Positions 1 through 10,695 of a stretch of 64,000 bases of DNA are shown piece after piece. Below the pieces are notes generated by a model. That model saw only the letters and a list, made by a program, of their open reading frames with translations. It was not told where the DNA came from and did no database searches. How positions within the stretch are numbered: the stretch's first letter is position 1; each line of letters begins with the position of its first letter. Origin of the DNA: Escherichia phage EC128; sequence record ON210139.1; one strand, written 5' to 3'. The position numbers and the translations under genes are program-made.

Positions 1-593
1 TGATATTCAACGGCATCGAGTATTTGAAGAACTTACAGAGAAGTCCTTATCATTTTTCTGGCGTCCCGAAGAAGTAAACTTAATGATGGATGCTGCACAG
101 TTTAATAAGCTTCCTCAGTATCAGCAGAATATTTTTACTAACAACCTGAAGTATCAATCACTTTTGGATAGCATTCAGGGTCGTGCACCGTCTGCTGTAC
201 TTATGTCATTAATTTCAGACCCAAGCCTTGATACATGGGTTGCTACATGGACTTTTAGTGAAACTATTCACTCTCGTTCGTATACTCATATTATGCGAAA
301 TCTTTATACCGATCCATCGAAGGTATTTGATGAAATTGTATTAGATGAAGCTATTATGAAACGAGCTGAATCCATTGGACGTTATTATGATGATGTCTTG
401 GTTAAAACCCGTGAATGGGAAAATGCTAAAGAATTTGTAGAACTAGCTAAAGAATCTCCTGATGCCGACTTTCGTTTAAACCGAGCTATTAAACAAGAAG
501 CCGAAGCTAAACGTGCTTTAATGAAGTCTCTTTACCTCTGTTTACACGTTATTAATGCCTTAGAAGCTATTCGTTTTTATGTATCTTTTGCGT
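1..593 (+). CDS. nrdB: ribonucleotide reductase small subunit NrdB, exon 1 (5' partial; codons in frame 2,5,8...)
   Basis: Translation matches class Ia NrdB (..LKYQSLLDSIQGRAP..AIRFYVSFA); the TAA at 593-595 is intron sequence; last exon base U593 precedes a P1-like pairing. Confidence 0.9.
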
Positions 594-703
594 AAAATGC
601 GCCTTTAAACGGTAACGTTTATCGAAAACTCCTTTAATTGCTGGAAAGTCCTTTATAGGAAAACTAGCAGCCAAGGTTTTGCTTGCACCTTTAATTAGTA
701 TAA

Positions 704-711
704 TATAAATA
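704..711 (+). promoter_or_regulatory. candidate late promoter (TATAAATA) inside intron, upstream of endonuclease ORF
   Basis: Exact TATAAATA 28 nt upstream of the ORF start; a MotA-box-like TTGCTTGCA at 676-684 and TATAAT at 699-704 lie just upstream. Confidence 0.45.
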
Positions 712-738
712 TGATTATACTTTTAAGAGGATGCACAA

Positions 739-1548
739 TTGAACTATAGAAAAATTTGGATAGATGCTAACGGACCTATACCTAAAGATTCTGATGGAAG
801 AACATACGAAATCCATCATAAAGACGGTAACCGTGAAAATAATGATTTAGATAATTTGATGTGCCTTTCTATACAGGAACATTATGATATACATTTAGCT
901 CAAAAAGATTACCAGGCTTGTCATGCTATAAAGCTTAGAATGAAATATTCTCCTAAAGAAATTTCTGAATTAGCTTCTAAAGCCGCAAAATCTAGAGAAA
1001 TCCAGATTTTTAATATCCCTGAAGTACGAGCTAAAAATATTGCCTCTATTAAATCTAAGATAGAAAATGGTACATTTCATCTTTTAGACGGTGAAATACA
1101 GCGTAAATCTAATTTAAATAGAGTTGCATTAGGTATACATAATTTTCAACAAGCTGAGCATATTGCAAAAGTTAAAGAACGCAATATTGCAGCTATAAAA
1201 GAAGGTACTCATGTATTTTGCGGTGGTAAAATGCAGTCAGAAACTCAATCAAAACGGGTAAATGACGGTTCACATCATTTCTTGTCAGAAGATCATAAGA
1301 AAAGAACATCAGCAAAAACATTAGAAATGGTTAAGAACGGGACCCATCCTGCACAAAAAGAAATCACATGTGATTTCTGCGGTCACATTGGTAAAGGTCC
1401 TGGATTTTATCTAAAACATAATGACAGATGTAAATTAAATCCAAATAGAATTCAATTGAATTGTCCATATTGTGATAAGAAAGATTTATCACCATCAACA
1501 TATAAACGATGGCACGGCGACAATTGCAAAGCAAGGTTCAACGACTAG
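739..1548 (+). CDS. intron-encoded HNH homing endonuclease with C-terminal Cys-rich zinc-finger region (I-TevIII-like, full length 269 aa)
   Basis: HNH motif EIHHKDGNRENNDLDNLMCLSIQEHYDIH; C-terminal CDFCGH..CPYCDK..HGDNCK; only start codon upstream of the motif is TTG739 with SD AAGAGG at 725-730. Confidence 0.85.
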   Translation: MNYRKIWIDANGPIPKDSDGRTYEIHHKDGNRENNDLDNLMCLSIQEHYDIHLAQKDYQACHAIKLRMKYSPKEISELASKAAKSREIQIFNIPEVRAKNIASIKSKIENGTFHLLDGEIQRKSNLNRVALGIHNFQQAEHIAKVKERNIAAIKEGTHVFCGGKMQSETQSKRVNDGSHHFLSEDHKKRTSAKTLEMVKNGTHPAQKEITCDFCGHIGKGPGFYLKHNDRCKLNPNRIQLNCPYCDKKDLSPSTYKRWHGDNCKARFND

Positions 1549-1684
1549 TCTTCGGACGTAGGGTCAAGCGACTCGAAATGGGGAGAATCCCTCTGGGATT
1601 GTGATATAGTCTGGTCTGCATAGTAATATGTAGCAGTTCATAAGAGAACGGGTTGAGAATTAGCGAGCTCAATCGAACATAACG

Positions 1685-2187
1685 GTACCTTTAACTTCCA
1701 CAAGAATATGGAAATCATGGAAGGTAATGCCAAGATTATGAAGTTCATTGCACGTGATGAGCAGCTTCACCTTAAAGGCACTCAATATATTATTCGTCAA
1801 CTTCAATCCGGTACTGATGGTGATGAATGGGTTAAAATTGCTCAAGAGTGTGAACAAGAAGCAGTTGATATTTTCATGGAAGTTAACCGCCAAGAAAAAG
1901 ATTGGGCAGTTCATTTATTTAAAGATGGCGATGTTCCTGGATTAAATACAAATAGCATGTGGAGCTTTATTGATTACTTAACTGTATCTCGTATGAAACA
2001 GTGTGGTCTTCCATGCCCAATTACCGATGCTCCGGTTAAACACCCATATCCTTGGATTCGTGAATATCTTAATTCTGATAATGTTCAATCCGCGCCACAA
2101 GAAGTAGAACTGTCATCTTACCTTGTTGCGCAGATTGATAATGATGTTGATGATAAAGTTATGATGAGTTTTAAAAAATACTTTTAA
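1685..2187 (+). CDS. nrdB: ribonucleotide reductase small subunit NrdB, exon 2
   Basis: Translation ..MEGNAKIMKFIARDEQLHLKGTQ.. matches the NrdB C-terminal half; in frame with exon 1 after removing 594-1684. Confidence 0.9.
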
Positions 2188-2192
2188 GGAGT

Positions 2193-2214
2193 GGGCCGCA
2201 AGGCCCATTTTATT
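2193..2214 (+). terminator. hairpin GGGCC-GCAA-GGCCC followed by ATTTTATT after nrdB stop
   Basis: GC stem with tetraloop then T-rich run; lies between SD-like AAGGAG (2186-2191) and denA ATG. Confidence 0.5.
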
Positions 2215-3802
<1,588 letters not shown>

Positions 3803-3805
3803 GCT

Positions 3806-3859
3806 GTTTACAAGTCCCTCGTGTTGTGTTACAGTAGTCTTACTGACATAACATGAGGA
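3806..3859 (+). promoter_or_regulatory. early promoter/stem-loop element, copy A (GTTTAC -35, TACAGT -10, through SD GAGGA)
   Basis: GTTTAC 3806-3811, 18-nt spacer, TACAGT 3830-3835; 53/54 nt identical to 17909-17962; imperfect stem GTCC(C)TCGTGTT/AACATGAGGAC encloses the -10. Confidence 0.6.
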
Positions 3860-3866
3860 CTTTATG

Positions 3867-4370
3867 ATGGATTTGCAGCTTATTACTACTGAGATGGTCG
3901 TTGAAGCATACGGTGATACTACAGATGGGATTTCTGTATTCAAAGGAAATCGTCGAGTTGGATATATCACTGATCTTAAGAAAGATTTAGCTAAGCAAGT
4001 TAAGCGGAAAACGACCGTTAAAGAATATCGAAATCGTCGTCTTGAGAAAGCCCGTGATATGCTTCCTAATGCAGTTGAGGAGATGAAAGTCTTTTTAGAA
4101 AATCAACTCGTTAAGTATGATTGTGAAGTGTTCATTAATCAGACTCAACCTAATGTTCATATTAACAACTGTAAATGCTATATCATCGTTAATCCTTTGA
4201 CAGGAAAACATCGTCTTGGAATTAGTAATCCAAATCGTAGCGCATCAGATATGGCAGAAGATGTTGAGGCATGCTTTAAAATTTCTAAATCTCCGGCTGA
4301 ACATCATATTTTAATTAACGGTCTTTCTCAAGACGATATTATAGAGGTTATTAAAACTTTATGCAATTAA
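3867..4370 (+). CDS. alc: Alc, inhibitor of host transcription, 167 aa
   Basis: MDLQLITTEMVVEAYGDTTDG..; position after rnlA as in T4; SD GAGGA 7 nt upstream. Confidence 0.85.
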   Translation: MDLQLITTEMVVEAYGDTTDGISVFKGNRRVGYITDLKKDLAKQVKRKTTVKEYRNRRLEKARDMLPNAVEEMKVFLENQLVKYDCEVFINQTQPNVHINNCKCYIIVNPLTGKHRLGISNPNRSASDMAEDVEACFKISKSPAEHHILINGLSQDDIIEVIKTLCN

Positions 4371-4714
4371 GTAATACGACAGCAGGCTTGCTATTAATTG
4401 TAATTGCATTGGGCGGAACTTCTTTAATTTTAAAAAATAAAATTGAAAGATTAGAAACGTCTGTTGTAGAAATTACAAAAACGGCCAATGAAAACGCTTT
4501 AGCATTAAATAATTTGCGAATTCAGTATAATTATATTGATGCGATGAATAATAAAAATCGTGAGGCAATTGCTGCTATTGAGCGTGAAAATGAAAAGCTG
4601 CGCAAAGACGCAAAGAAGGCGGATGTGGTGGCTCATAAGCCAGGATTGGTTGAAAAACAAATCAACAACTCCTTCAACAAGTTCGCAGAAGACATTCAGG
4701 ACCTTTCTAAATGA
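4361..4714 (+). CDS. pseT.3: i-spanin (inner-membrane spanin; N-terminal TM helix plus coiled-coil)
   Basis: N-terminal hydrophobic helix AGLLLIVIALGGTSLIL then charged helical region; directly precedes a lipoprotein ORF with 4-nt overlap. Confidence 0.75.
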   Translation: MQLSNTTAGLLLIVIALGGTSLILKNKIERLETSVVEITKTANENALALNNLRIQYNYIDAMNNKNREAIAAIERENEKLRKDAKKADVVAHKPGLVEKQINNSFNKFAEDIQDLSK

Positions 4715-5010
4715 TTAAACTATCAGCAGTAATATTATCTATTGGTCTTCTAGTTGGTTGTTCTACAAAGCCTCTAGAAGTAAAGAAAGAAACAGTTCAT
4801 CCTAATTGGCCTGTACAAATAAAGTCATATGATGAAGCTAAACTATCTTGGCAAGTTAAAGTTATCGATGGTAAAGCTTGGGTCGGTATGCCATTTGAAG
4901 ATTCCCAGGAATTTCGTATTTGGCTTAATGATGTAAAACGATATGTACATGATCAGAAAACTATGATATGTTATTATCGCCAAGAGTTAAAAGAGGATAA
5001 ATGTAAATGA
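4711..5010 (+). CDS. pseT.2: o-spanin (outer-membrane lipoprotein spanin)
   Basis: Signal peptide with lipobox LLVGC-S (MIKLSAVILSIGLLVGCSTK); paired with the upstream i-spanin-like ORF. Confidence 0.75.
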   Translation: MIKLSAVILSIGLLVGCSTKPLEVKKETVHPNWPVQIKSYDEAKLSWQVKVIDGKAWVGMPFEDSQEFRIWLNDVKRYVHDQKTMICYYRQELKEDKCK

Positions 5011-5231
5011 TTTCATGGCATCAATTTGAACATCTCAAAGGATTGATTTATGAATCCGAGATGGCTGCAATGATTTATGGACGCCAGATTCAACGATTAG
5101 AATCTTTACCTCCAACTAATGATGTTTTATTAGCTCAATCACGTGCTAATCTTAAAAATGAATACCAAAATAAGTGGGGTAAAGCATCTAAAGACCTGCA
5201 TGATTATATTCAATCATTGGTTGAGAAATAA
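5007..5231 (+). CDS. hypothetical protein, 74 aa
   Basis: ATG overlapping upstream stop (ATGA); SD AAGAGGA upstream; no recognisable motif. Confidence 0.6.
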   Translation: MISWHQFEHLKGLIYESEMAAMIYGRQIQRLESLPPTNDVLLAQSRANLKNEYQNKWGKASKDLHDYIQSLVEK

Positions 5232-5234
5232 TAA

Positions 5235-6441
<1,207 letters not shown>

Positions 6442-6442
<1 letters not shown>

Positions 6443-6639
6443 TGGCTTGGCACCATGAAACTTGGGCTATTGTTATTGTAAATAGCGGTTTAGTTGTTAC
6501 TAGTAATGGGCAATTTTGTGTATTTACTAGTGAAAATAGAGCATGGGAGGAATGTCTTAAATTAAGAGAAAAGAATCCCGATGTTGAACTAGTAGTAAAG
6601 AAAACTAAACTGCCTTTACCATGGAAAACTTATGAATAA
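6442..6639 (+). CDS. hypothetical protein, 65 aa
   Basis: ATG overlaps pseT stop (TAATG); track ORF extends upstream without an ATG. Confidence 0.55.
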
Positions 6640-6832
6640 CCTAGAAAAGATTTATCGTCTTTGTGATAAAATTGAAAAAGAAAAGAAATATCTATTTTGT
6701 CTATGGCCTATTGTTGACGGAAGAGTAGGCCTAGATGTTCTTGATTATGAAACAGAAGACAAAGTAGATGGCGCAACTTTTGATAACGCTTTGGATGTTA
6801 TTGATTGGCTCGAAGAAAATTATGTGAGGTAA
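6632..6832 (+). CDS. hypothetical protein, 66 aa
   Basis: ATG start overlapping upstream ORF end; acidic C-terminus. Confidence 0.55.
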   Translation: MNNLEKIYRLCDKIEKEKKYLFCLWPIVDGRVGLDVLDYETEDKVDGATFDNALDVIDWLEENYVR

Positions 6833-6834
6833 AT

Positions 6835-7110
6835 ATGTTTCCGACTTACTCTAAAATCGTAGAAGTAGTGTTTAGCCAAATTATCGCTAATAACATGTTT
6901 GAAAAGCTTGATAATGCAGCTGAACTTCGAATCCACGCTCAAGTGACTCATGTATTGAATACTTTGCTTCCAGACCAGGTGGATTCTGTTGCCATCACGT
7001 TGTATCCAGGTTCCGCGCATATCATTGTTGTATTCGGTCTTGATGCTGAGCTAGTCATCAAAGGCGATATTCGCTTTGAATCACAGACATCAGAATTCAA
7101 AGCAATTTAA
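6835..7110 (+). CDS. hypothetical protein, 91 aa
   Basis: ATG6835 with SD GTGAGGT; track ORF starts at TTG6805. Confidence 0.55.
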   Translation: MFPTYSKIVEVVFSQIIANNMFEKLDNAAELRIHAQVTHVLNTLLPDQVDSVAITLYPGSAHIIVVFGLDAELVIKGDIRFESQTSEFKAI

Positions 7111-7112
7111 TA

Positions 7113-7151
7113 GTTTACTTTACGGTAGAGTTGTGATATTATAGCTCTACC
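7113..7151 (+). promoter_or_regulatory. early promoter with stem-loop enclosing the -10 (PeSL-like)
   Basis: GTTTAC 7113-7118, 18-nt spacer, TATTAT 7137-7142; stem GGTAGAG (7124-7130) / CTCTACC (7145-7151). Confidence 0.5.
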
Positions 7152-7172
7152 AAAACAAATGAGGAAATTGAA

Positions 7173-7700
7173 ATGAGCGAATGGTTTGAAGAAGATAAGG
7201 TTTATCGCTTTAAAGCTGGATATAAAGATATTTTTAATGAAACTTGCGGGGCTAATAAACGAATTGCCCAGTTTATTGGGGAAAATTCATTTAAAGTAAA
7301 AATAGATCCTGCGAAAAATGTTATTAGCATTAAACGCGAAATTGATGATTGTTGGTATAAAGCTGTTGATGTAATGGGCGAATCTTATAAAGTTAGCCCG
7401 TTATTTTCAATTGCTTATATGTTAGAATATTCTTTTTTCGAAGAAGTTCAAAAAGATGATTCTGTCAGTAAATTTGAAATTAAAACTGATAAAGAAATTA
7501 AGTGGAAAGTAGTAGGTATTACTGGTTGTATGTTTTATATCTATGCTCAAACTGATACGAAGGAAGAAGCTAAAAAGAAAGCTCTAGAATATCTTGAAGA
7601 GTATGAAGAAGGTCCGGTAATGATTACTCAAGATGCTGAATTAGTTTCTGTCAAATTAGTTAAAAATGTTGAAAGTAAGGAGCTGGGATCAACATGCTAA
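7173..7700 (+). CDS. hypothetical protein, 175 aa
   Basis: ATG with SD GAGGA; follows PeSL-like promoter; no recognisable motif. Confidence 0.65.
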   Translation: MSEWFEEDKVYRFKAGYKDIFNETCGANKRIAQFIGENSFKVKIDPAKNVISIKREIDDCWYKAVDVMGESYKVSPLFSIAYMLEYSFFEEVQKDDSVSKFEIKTDKEIKWKVVGITGCMFYIYAQTDTKEEAKKKALEYLEEYEEGPVMITQDAELVSVKLVKNVESKELGSTC

Positions 7701-7930
7701 GTGAAAAACCAATTACTGTTAAAGAATTCCAAGAAAAAGTTAAACTATTTGCTCAGGAATTGGTAAATAAGGTTTCTGAACGATTTCCAGAAACATCGGT
7801 TCGTGTTATTACCGAAACTCCTCGTTCAGTATTAGTAATTGTGAATCCAGGTGATGGCGATCAAATATCGCATCTTAAACTGGATTTTGATGGATTAGTT
7901 GAAGCACAAAGGGTGTATGGCGTACTATGA
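7694..7930 (+). CDS. hypothetical protein, 78 aa
   Basis: ATG start, SD AAGGAG upstream, overlaps neighbours by a few nt. Confidence 0.55.
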   Translation: MLSEKPITVKEFQEKVKLFAQELVNKVSERFPETSVRVITETPRSVLVIVNPGDGDQISHLKLDFDGLVEAQRVYGVL

Positions 7931-8265
7931 TGAATTTAACTGATATAATTGATAATTGTCTTGAAAATGATACTGGCGATCATAGAGCGCTTGACTCTGA
8001 AACAGCAAAGTTCATTAGAATAACTTTAATGAATGATACTCTGGTGAATAGTATTCATCCTTCTGTGTATGATGCTATTATTGTGACGAAGTATCCAGTT
8101 GAGCTTCACAAAAAGATGACTGGTGCAGTTTTTATTGATAAGAAAAACCGCTTTAAAGATGGGCAGAATATAATTAGTTCTGTTATTAAAAGTATAACTA
8201 AACTTCGTCACGAAATTTATCGTGTTGAAACTGCTAAATCTGCTTATCTGGTGATTATGAAATGA
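7927..8265 (+). CDS. hypothetical protein, 112 aa
   Basis: ATG start overlapping upstream stop; ends overlapping cd start. Confidence 0.6.
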   Translation: MMNLTDIIDNCLENDTGDHRALDSETAKFIRITLMNDTLVNSIHPSVYDAIIVTKYPVELHKKMTGAVFIDKKNRFKDGQNIISSVIKSITKLRHEIYRVETAKSAYLVIMK

Positions 8266-8843
8266 AAGCGAGTACAGTACTTCAAATTGCATATTTAGTA
8301 TCGCAGGAATCAAAATGTTGCTCCTGGAAGGTAGGAGCAGTAATTGAAAAGAATGGACGTATTATTTCTACTGGGTATAATGGTTCACCCGCAGGAGGTG
8401 TGAACTGTTGTGATTATGCTGCTGAGCAAGGTTGGTTATTGAATAAGCCTAAACATACTATCATTCAAGGTCATAAGCCTGAATGTGTATCATTTGGTTC
8501 AACTGATCGTTTTGTCTTGGCGAAAGAACACCGCAGCGCTCACTCGGAATGGTCATCTAAAAATGAAATTCATGCTGAACTAAATGCAATTTTGTTTGCT
8601 GCACGAAATGGTTCTTCTATTGAAGGTGCTACTATGTATGTAACACTTTCTCCATGTCCGGATTGCGCAAAAGCGATAGCTCAATCTGGAATTAAAAAAC
8701 TAGTTTATTGCGAAACATACGACAAAAATAAACCTGGTTGGGATGATATTTTGCGAAATGCAGGTATTGAAGTGTTTAATGTTCCTAAGAAAAACTTGAA
8801 TAAGTTAAACTGGGAAAATATCAACGAATTCTGTGGTGAATGA
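8262..8843 (+). CDS. cd: dCMP deaminase, 193 aa
   Basis: Cytidine/dCMP deaminase zinc motifs HAELNAI and SPCPDCAK; length and position as T4 cd. Confidence 0.95.
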   Translation: MKASTVLQIAYLVSQESKCCSWKVGAVIEKNGRIISTGYNGSPAGGVNCCDYAAEQGWLLNKPKHTIIQGHKPECVSFGSTDRFVLAKEHRSAHSEWSSKNEIHAELNAILFAARNGSSIEGATMYVTLSPCPDCAKAIAQSGIKKLVYCETYDKNKPGWDDILRNAGIEVFNVPKKNLNKLNWENINEFCGE

Positions 8844-9079
8844 TGAAATTTCGTTTGGTAAAGCTCACAGCAATTAGTTCTTATTCTAATGAGAACATCT
8901 CATTTGCTGTAGAGTATAAGAAATATTTTTTCTCTAAATGGAAACAGTATTATAAAACTGATTGGACTAGTATTGATAGACCATATAGTTGGAAATCTGA
9001 TTTAGAAAAATGCCAAAAATTACTTTCCACCCTTAAAGAACGTGGAACAACTCATATTAAAACTGTGATAGGTAAATAA
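8840..9079 (+). CDS. hypothetical protein, 79 aa
   Basis: ATG overlapping cd stop; no recognisable motif. Confidence 0.55.
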   Translation: MMKFRLVKLTAISSYSNENISFAVEYKKYFFSKWKQYYKTDWTSIDRPYSWKSDLEKCQKLLSTLKERGTTHIKTVIGK

Positions 9080-9388
9080 ATGAAACTGACAACTGAGCAG
9101 AAAGTAGCAATTCGTGAAATTTTGAAAACTAAATTGTCCATGGGTGTTTCAAACGTAGTTTTTGAAAAGTCTGATGGTACTATTCGTACTATGAAAGGTA
9201 CTCGTGACGCAGACTTTATGCCAACCATGCAAACTGGTAAATTAACTGAATCTACTCGGAAAGAATCTACTGATATGATTCCAGTATTTGATGTTGAGCT
9301 TGGTGCATGGCGAGGTTTTTCTATTGACAAATTGATTTCCGTTAATGGTATGAAAGTTGAGCATTTGCTTCAATTTATTGGTAAATAA
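9080..9388 (+). CDS. hypothetical protein, 102 aa
   Basis: ATG immediately after upstream stop; no recognisable motif. Confidence 0.6.
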   Translation: MKLTTEQKVAIREILKTKLSMGVSNVVFEKSDGTIRTMKGTRDADFMPTMQTGKLTESTRKESTDMIPVFDVELGAWRGFSIDKLISVNGMKVEHLLQFIGK

Positions 9389-9444
9389 ATGCTTTAAGAA
9401 TTATTTGTTATTATTAATTCATCTGTTAACAAAAAGGAAAAACA

Positions 9445-9780
9445 ATGTCTGAAGTACAACAGCTACCAATTCGTGCTGTCGGTGAATATGTTATTTTAGT
9501 TTCTGAACCCGCACAGGCGGGTGATGAAGAAGTTACAGAATCAGGACTTATTATCGGTAAACGTGTCCAAGGTGAAGTTCCTGAACTGTGTGTAGTTCAC
9601 TCTGTCGGTCCTGATGTTCCTGAAGGTTTCTGCGAAGTTGGTGATTTGACTTCTCTTCCAGTTGGTCAAATTCGAAATGTTCCGCATCCTTTTGTAGCTC
9701 TGGGTCTTAAGCAGCCAAAAGAAATTAAACAAAAATTCGTTACCTGTCACTATAAAGCTATTCCGTGTCTTTATAAGTGA
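9445..9780 (+). CDS. 31: co-chaperonin gp31 (GroES analogue), 111 aa
   Basis: [39 protein letters not shown].. matches T4 gp31; SD AAGGAAA upstream. Confidence 0.95.
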
Positions 9781-9788
9781 TATAAATA
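9781..9788 (+). promoter_or_regulatory. candidate late promoter TATAAATA in rIII leader
   Basis: Exact TATAAATA immediately after gene 31 stop, 140 nt upstream of rIII. Confidence 0.4.
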
Positions 9789-9927
9789 ATAATATGAATT
9801 GGATGTCGGAATAATAAGTTAACCGAACAATTCTATGTGGTAGTCTACAACTGAGAGATCTGTCGAAAGAAGATGAAATTCAGAAGAACGTGACTACCGA
9901 GTTTTAATCTCTAACGAGAATTTTTAA

Positions 9928-10176
9928 ATGATTAAACAATTACAACACGCTCTTGAACTGCAACGAAACGCATGGAATAATGGTCACGAAAACTATGGCG
10001 CATCTATTGATGTTGAAGCCGAAGCTCTTGAAATCCTGCGTTATTTCAAACATCTGAATCCTGCTCAAACTGCATTAGCTGCTGAGCTTCAGGAAAAAGA
10101 TGAACTTAAGTATGCTAAGCCTCTGGCTTCTGCTGCACGAAAAGCAGTTCGTCACTTTGTGGTAACATTGAAGTAA
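9928..10176 (+). CDS. rIII: rIII lysis-inhibition accessory protein, 82 aa
   Basis: MIKQLQHALELQRNAWNNGHENYG..; length and position after gene 31 as in T4. Confidence 0.9.
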   Translation: MIKQLQHALELQRNAWNNGHENYGASIDVEAEALEILRYFKHLNPAQTALAAELQEKDELKYAKPLASAARKAVRHFVVTLK

Positions 10177-10244
10177 TTTATTGGAGATTCACTGCCTTAG
10201 TGTGAGCTAAAATCGAGGAGCCATCGAACTGTCTGATTAATGAT

Positions 10245-10433
10245 TTGCGAATCATTATAGTTTTAAGACCCCGGCAGTTTTATGGTGTACCTCTTGAATG
10301 TTACTATCATGCGTCAGAAAAGTGTTATCTGTGTAAGTCTTGGTGGTATGATGACGAGGTTTATGGTTATCCTGTCGGTAAATATTCAAAACCTAAGTAC
10401 CCCTTTGAGGGCTTGCGCAGGCAATGCCAATAA
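10245..10433 (+). CDS. possible Cys/Trp/Tyr-rich small protein (62 aa) with TTG start; coding status uncertain
   Basis: Track ORF starts at TTG with no SD and no in-frame ATG; composition looks protein-like; an overlapping 56-codon ATG ORF at 10282-10452 is an alternative. Confidence 0.3.
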   Translation: MRIIIVLRPRQFYGVPLECYYHASEKCYLCKSWWYDDEVYGYPVGKYSKPKYPFEGLRRQCQ

Positions 10434-10466
10434 GTCCTGCATTTTCATTTAAAAGAGAATTTATAA

Positions 10467-10642
10467 TGGCAAAACAAGTTAAAGCAAAGAAAGCAGTTGA
10501 AAAGAAAGTTGGTGATTCTAAACGCGCTGGTTACAAGCGTGGGTCGAACTCTCGTATCAATCAAACTGTTGAGAAGATCATGCGCCGAGCACGTGCGGTT
10601 CTTCGAGATGATGCTTCTCGTTTTGGTAAGCAGAAAGCATAA
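10467..10642 (+). CDS. small highly basic protein (58 aa; alternative start ATG10424 gives 72 aa)
   Basis: MAKQVKAKKAVEKKVGDSKRAGYKRG..; SD-like AAAGAGA before ATG10467; followed by a strong terminator. Confidence 0.55.
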
Positions 10643-10647
10643 GTTGA

Positions 10648-10676
10648 GGACTCCTTCGGGAGTCCTTTTTTATTTT
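10648..10676 (+). terminator. rho-independent terminator
   Basis: Stem GGACTCC-TTCG-GGAGTCC followed by TTTTTTATTTT. Confidence 0.8.
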
Positions 10677-10695
10677 CCAAAGATTGCATAAAGTT

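Larger units (their letters stand above)
594..1684 (+). mobile_element. group I self-splicing intron interrupting nrdB (about 1091 nt) carrying a homing endonuclease ORF
   Basis: Joining U593 to G1685 restores the conserved NrdB sequence ..FYVSFA-C-TFNFHKNMEIMEGNAK; exon UGCGU(589-593) can pair with intron GCGC(599-602) giving U.G at the splice site; intron ends in G1684. Confidence 0.85.

Noticed and set aside
83-595. Track ORF presented as a complete 170-aa gene
   Set aside because: It is the 3' part of nrdB exon 1 reading 2 nt into the intron; the frame is open to the window start, and the in-frame stop TAA (593-595) has its first base in the exon and its last two in the intron.
1669-1945. 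Two short ORFs (81 aa minus strand, 65 aa plus strand) at the nrdB exon 2 start
   Set aside because: Both overlap the well-supported nrdB exon 2 frame.
2191-2214. N-terminal extension of denA from GTG2191
   Set aside because: The extension codes through the terminator hairpin; ATG2215 gives the expected 136-aa product. The same reasoning was used to trim track TTG/GTG starts for gp20, gp11, uvsW.1, the NADAR-like ORF and others.
9363-9386. Possible MotA-dependent middle promoter for gene 31 (TTTGCTTCA, then TAAATA)
   Set aside because: The gap between box and -10 is only about 9 nt, shorter than the 12-13 nt of well-formed middle promoters such as the uvsY one at 25602-25629; not reported as a feature.
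10497-10691. 64-aa plus-strand ORF
   Set aside because: Alternative frame of the basic-protein gene that reads through the terminator hairpin.
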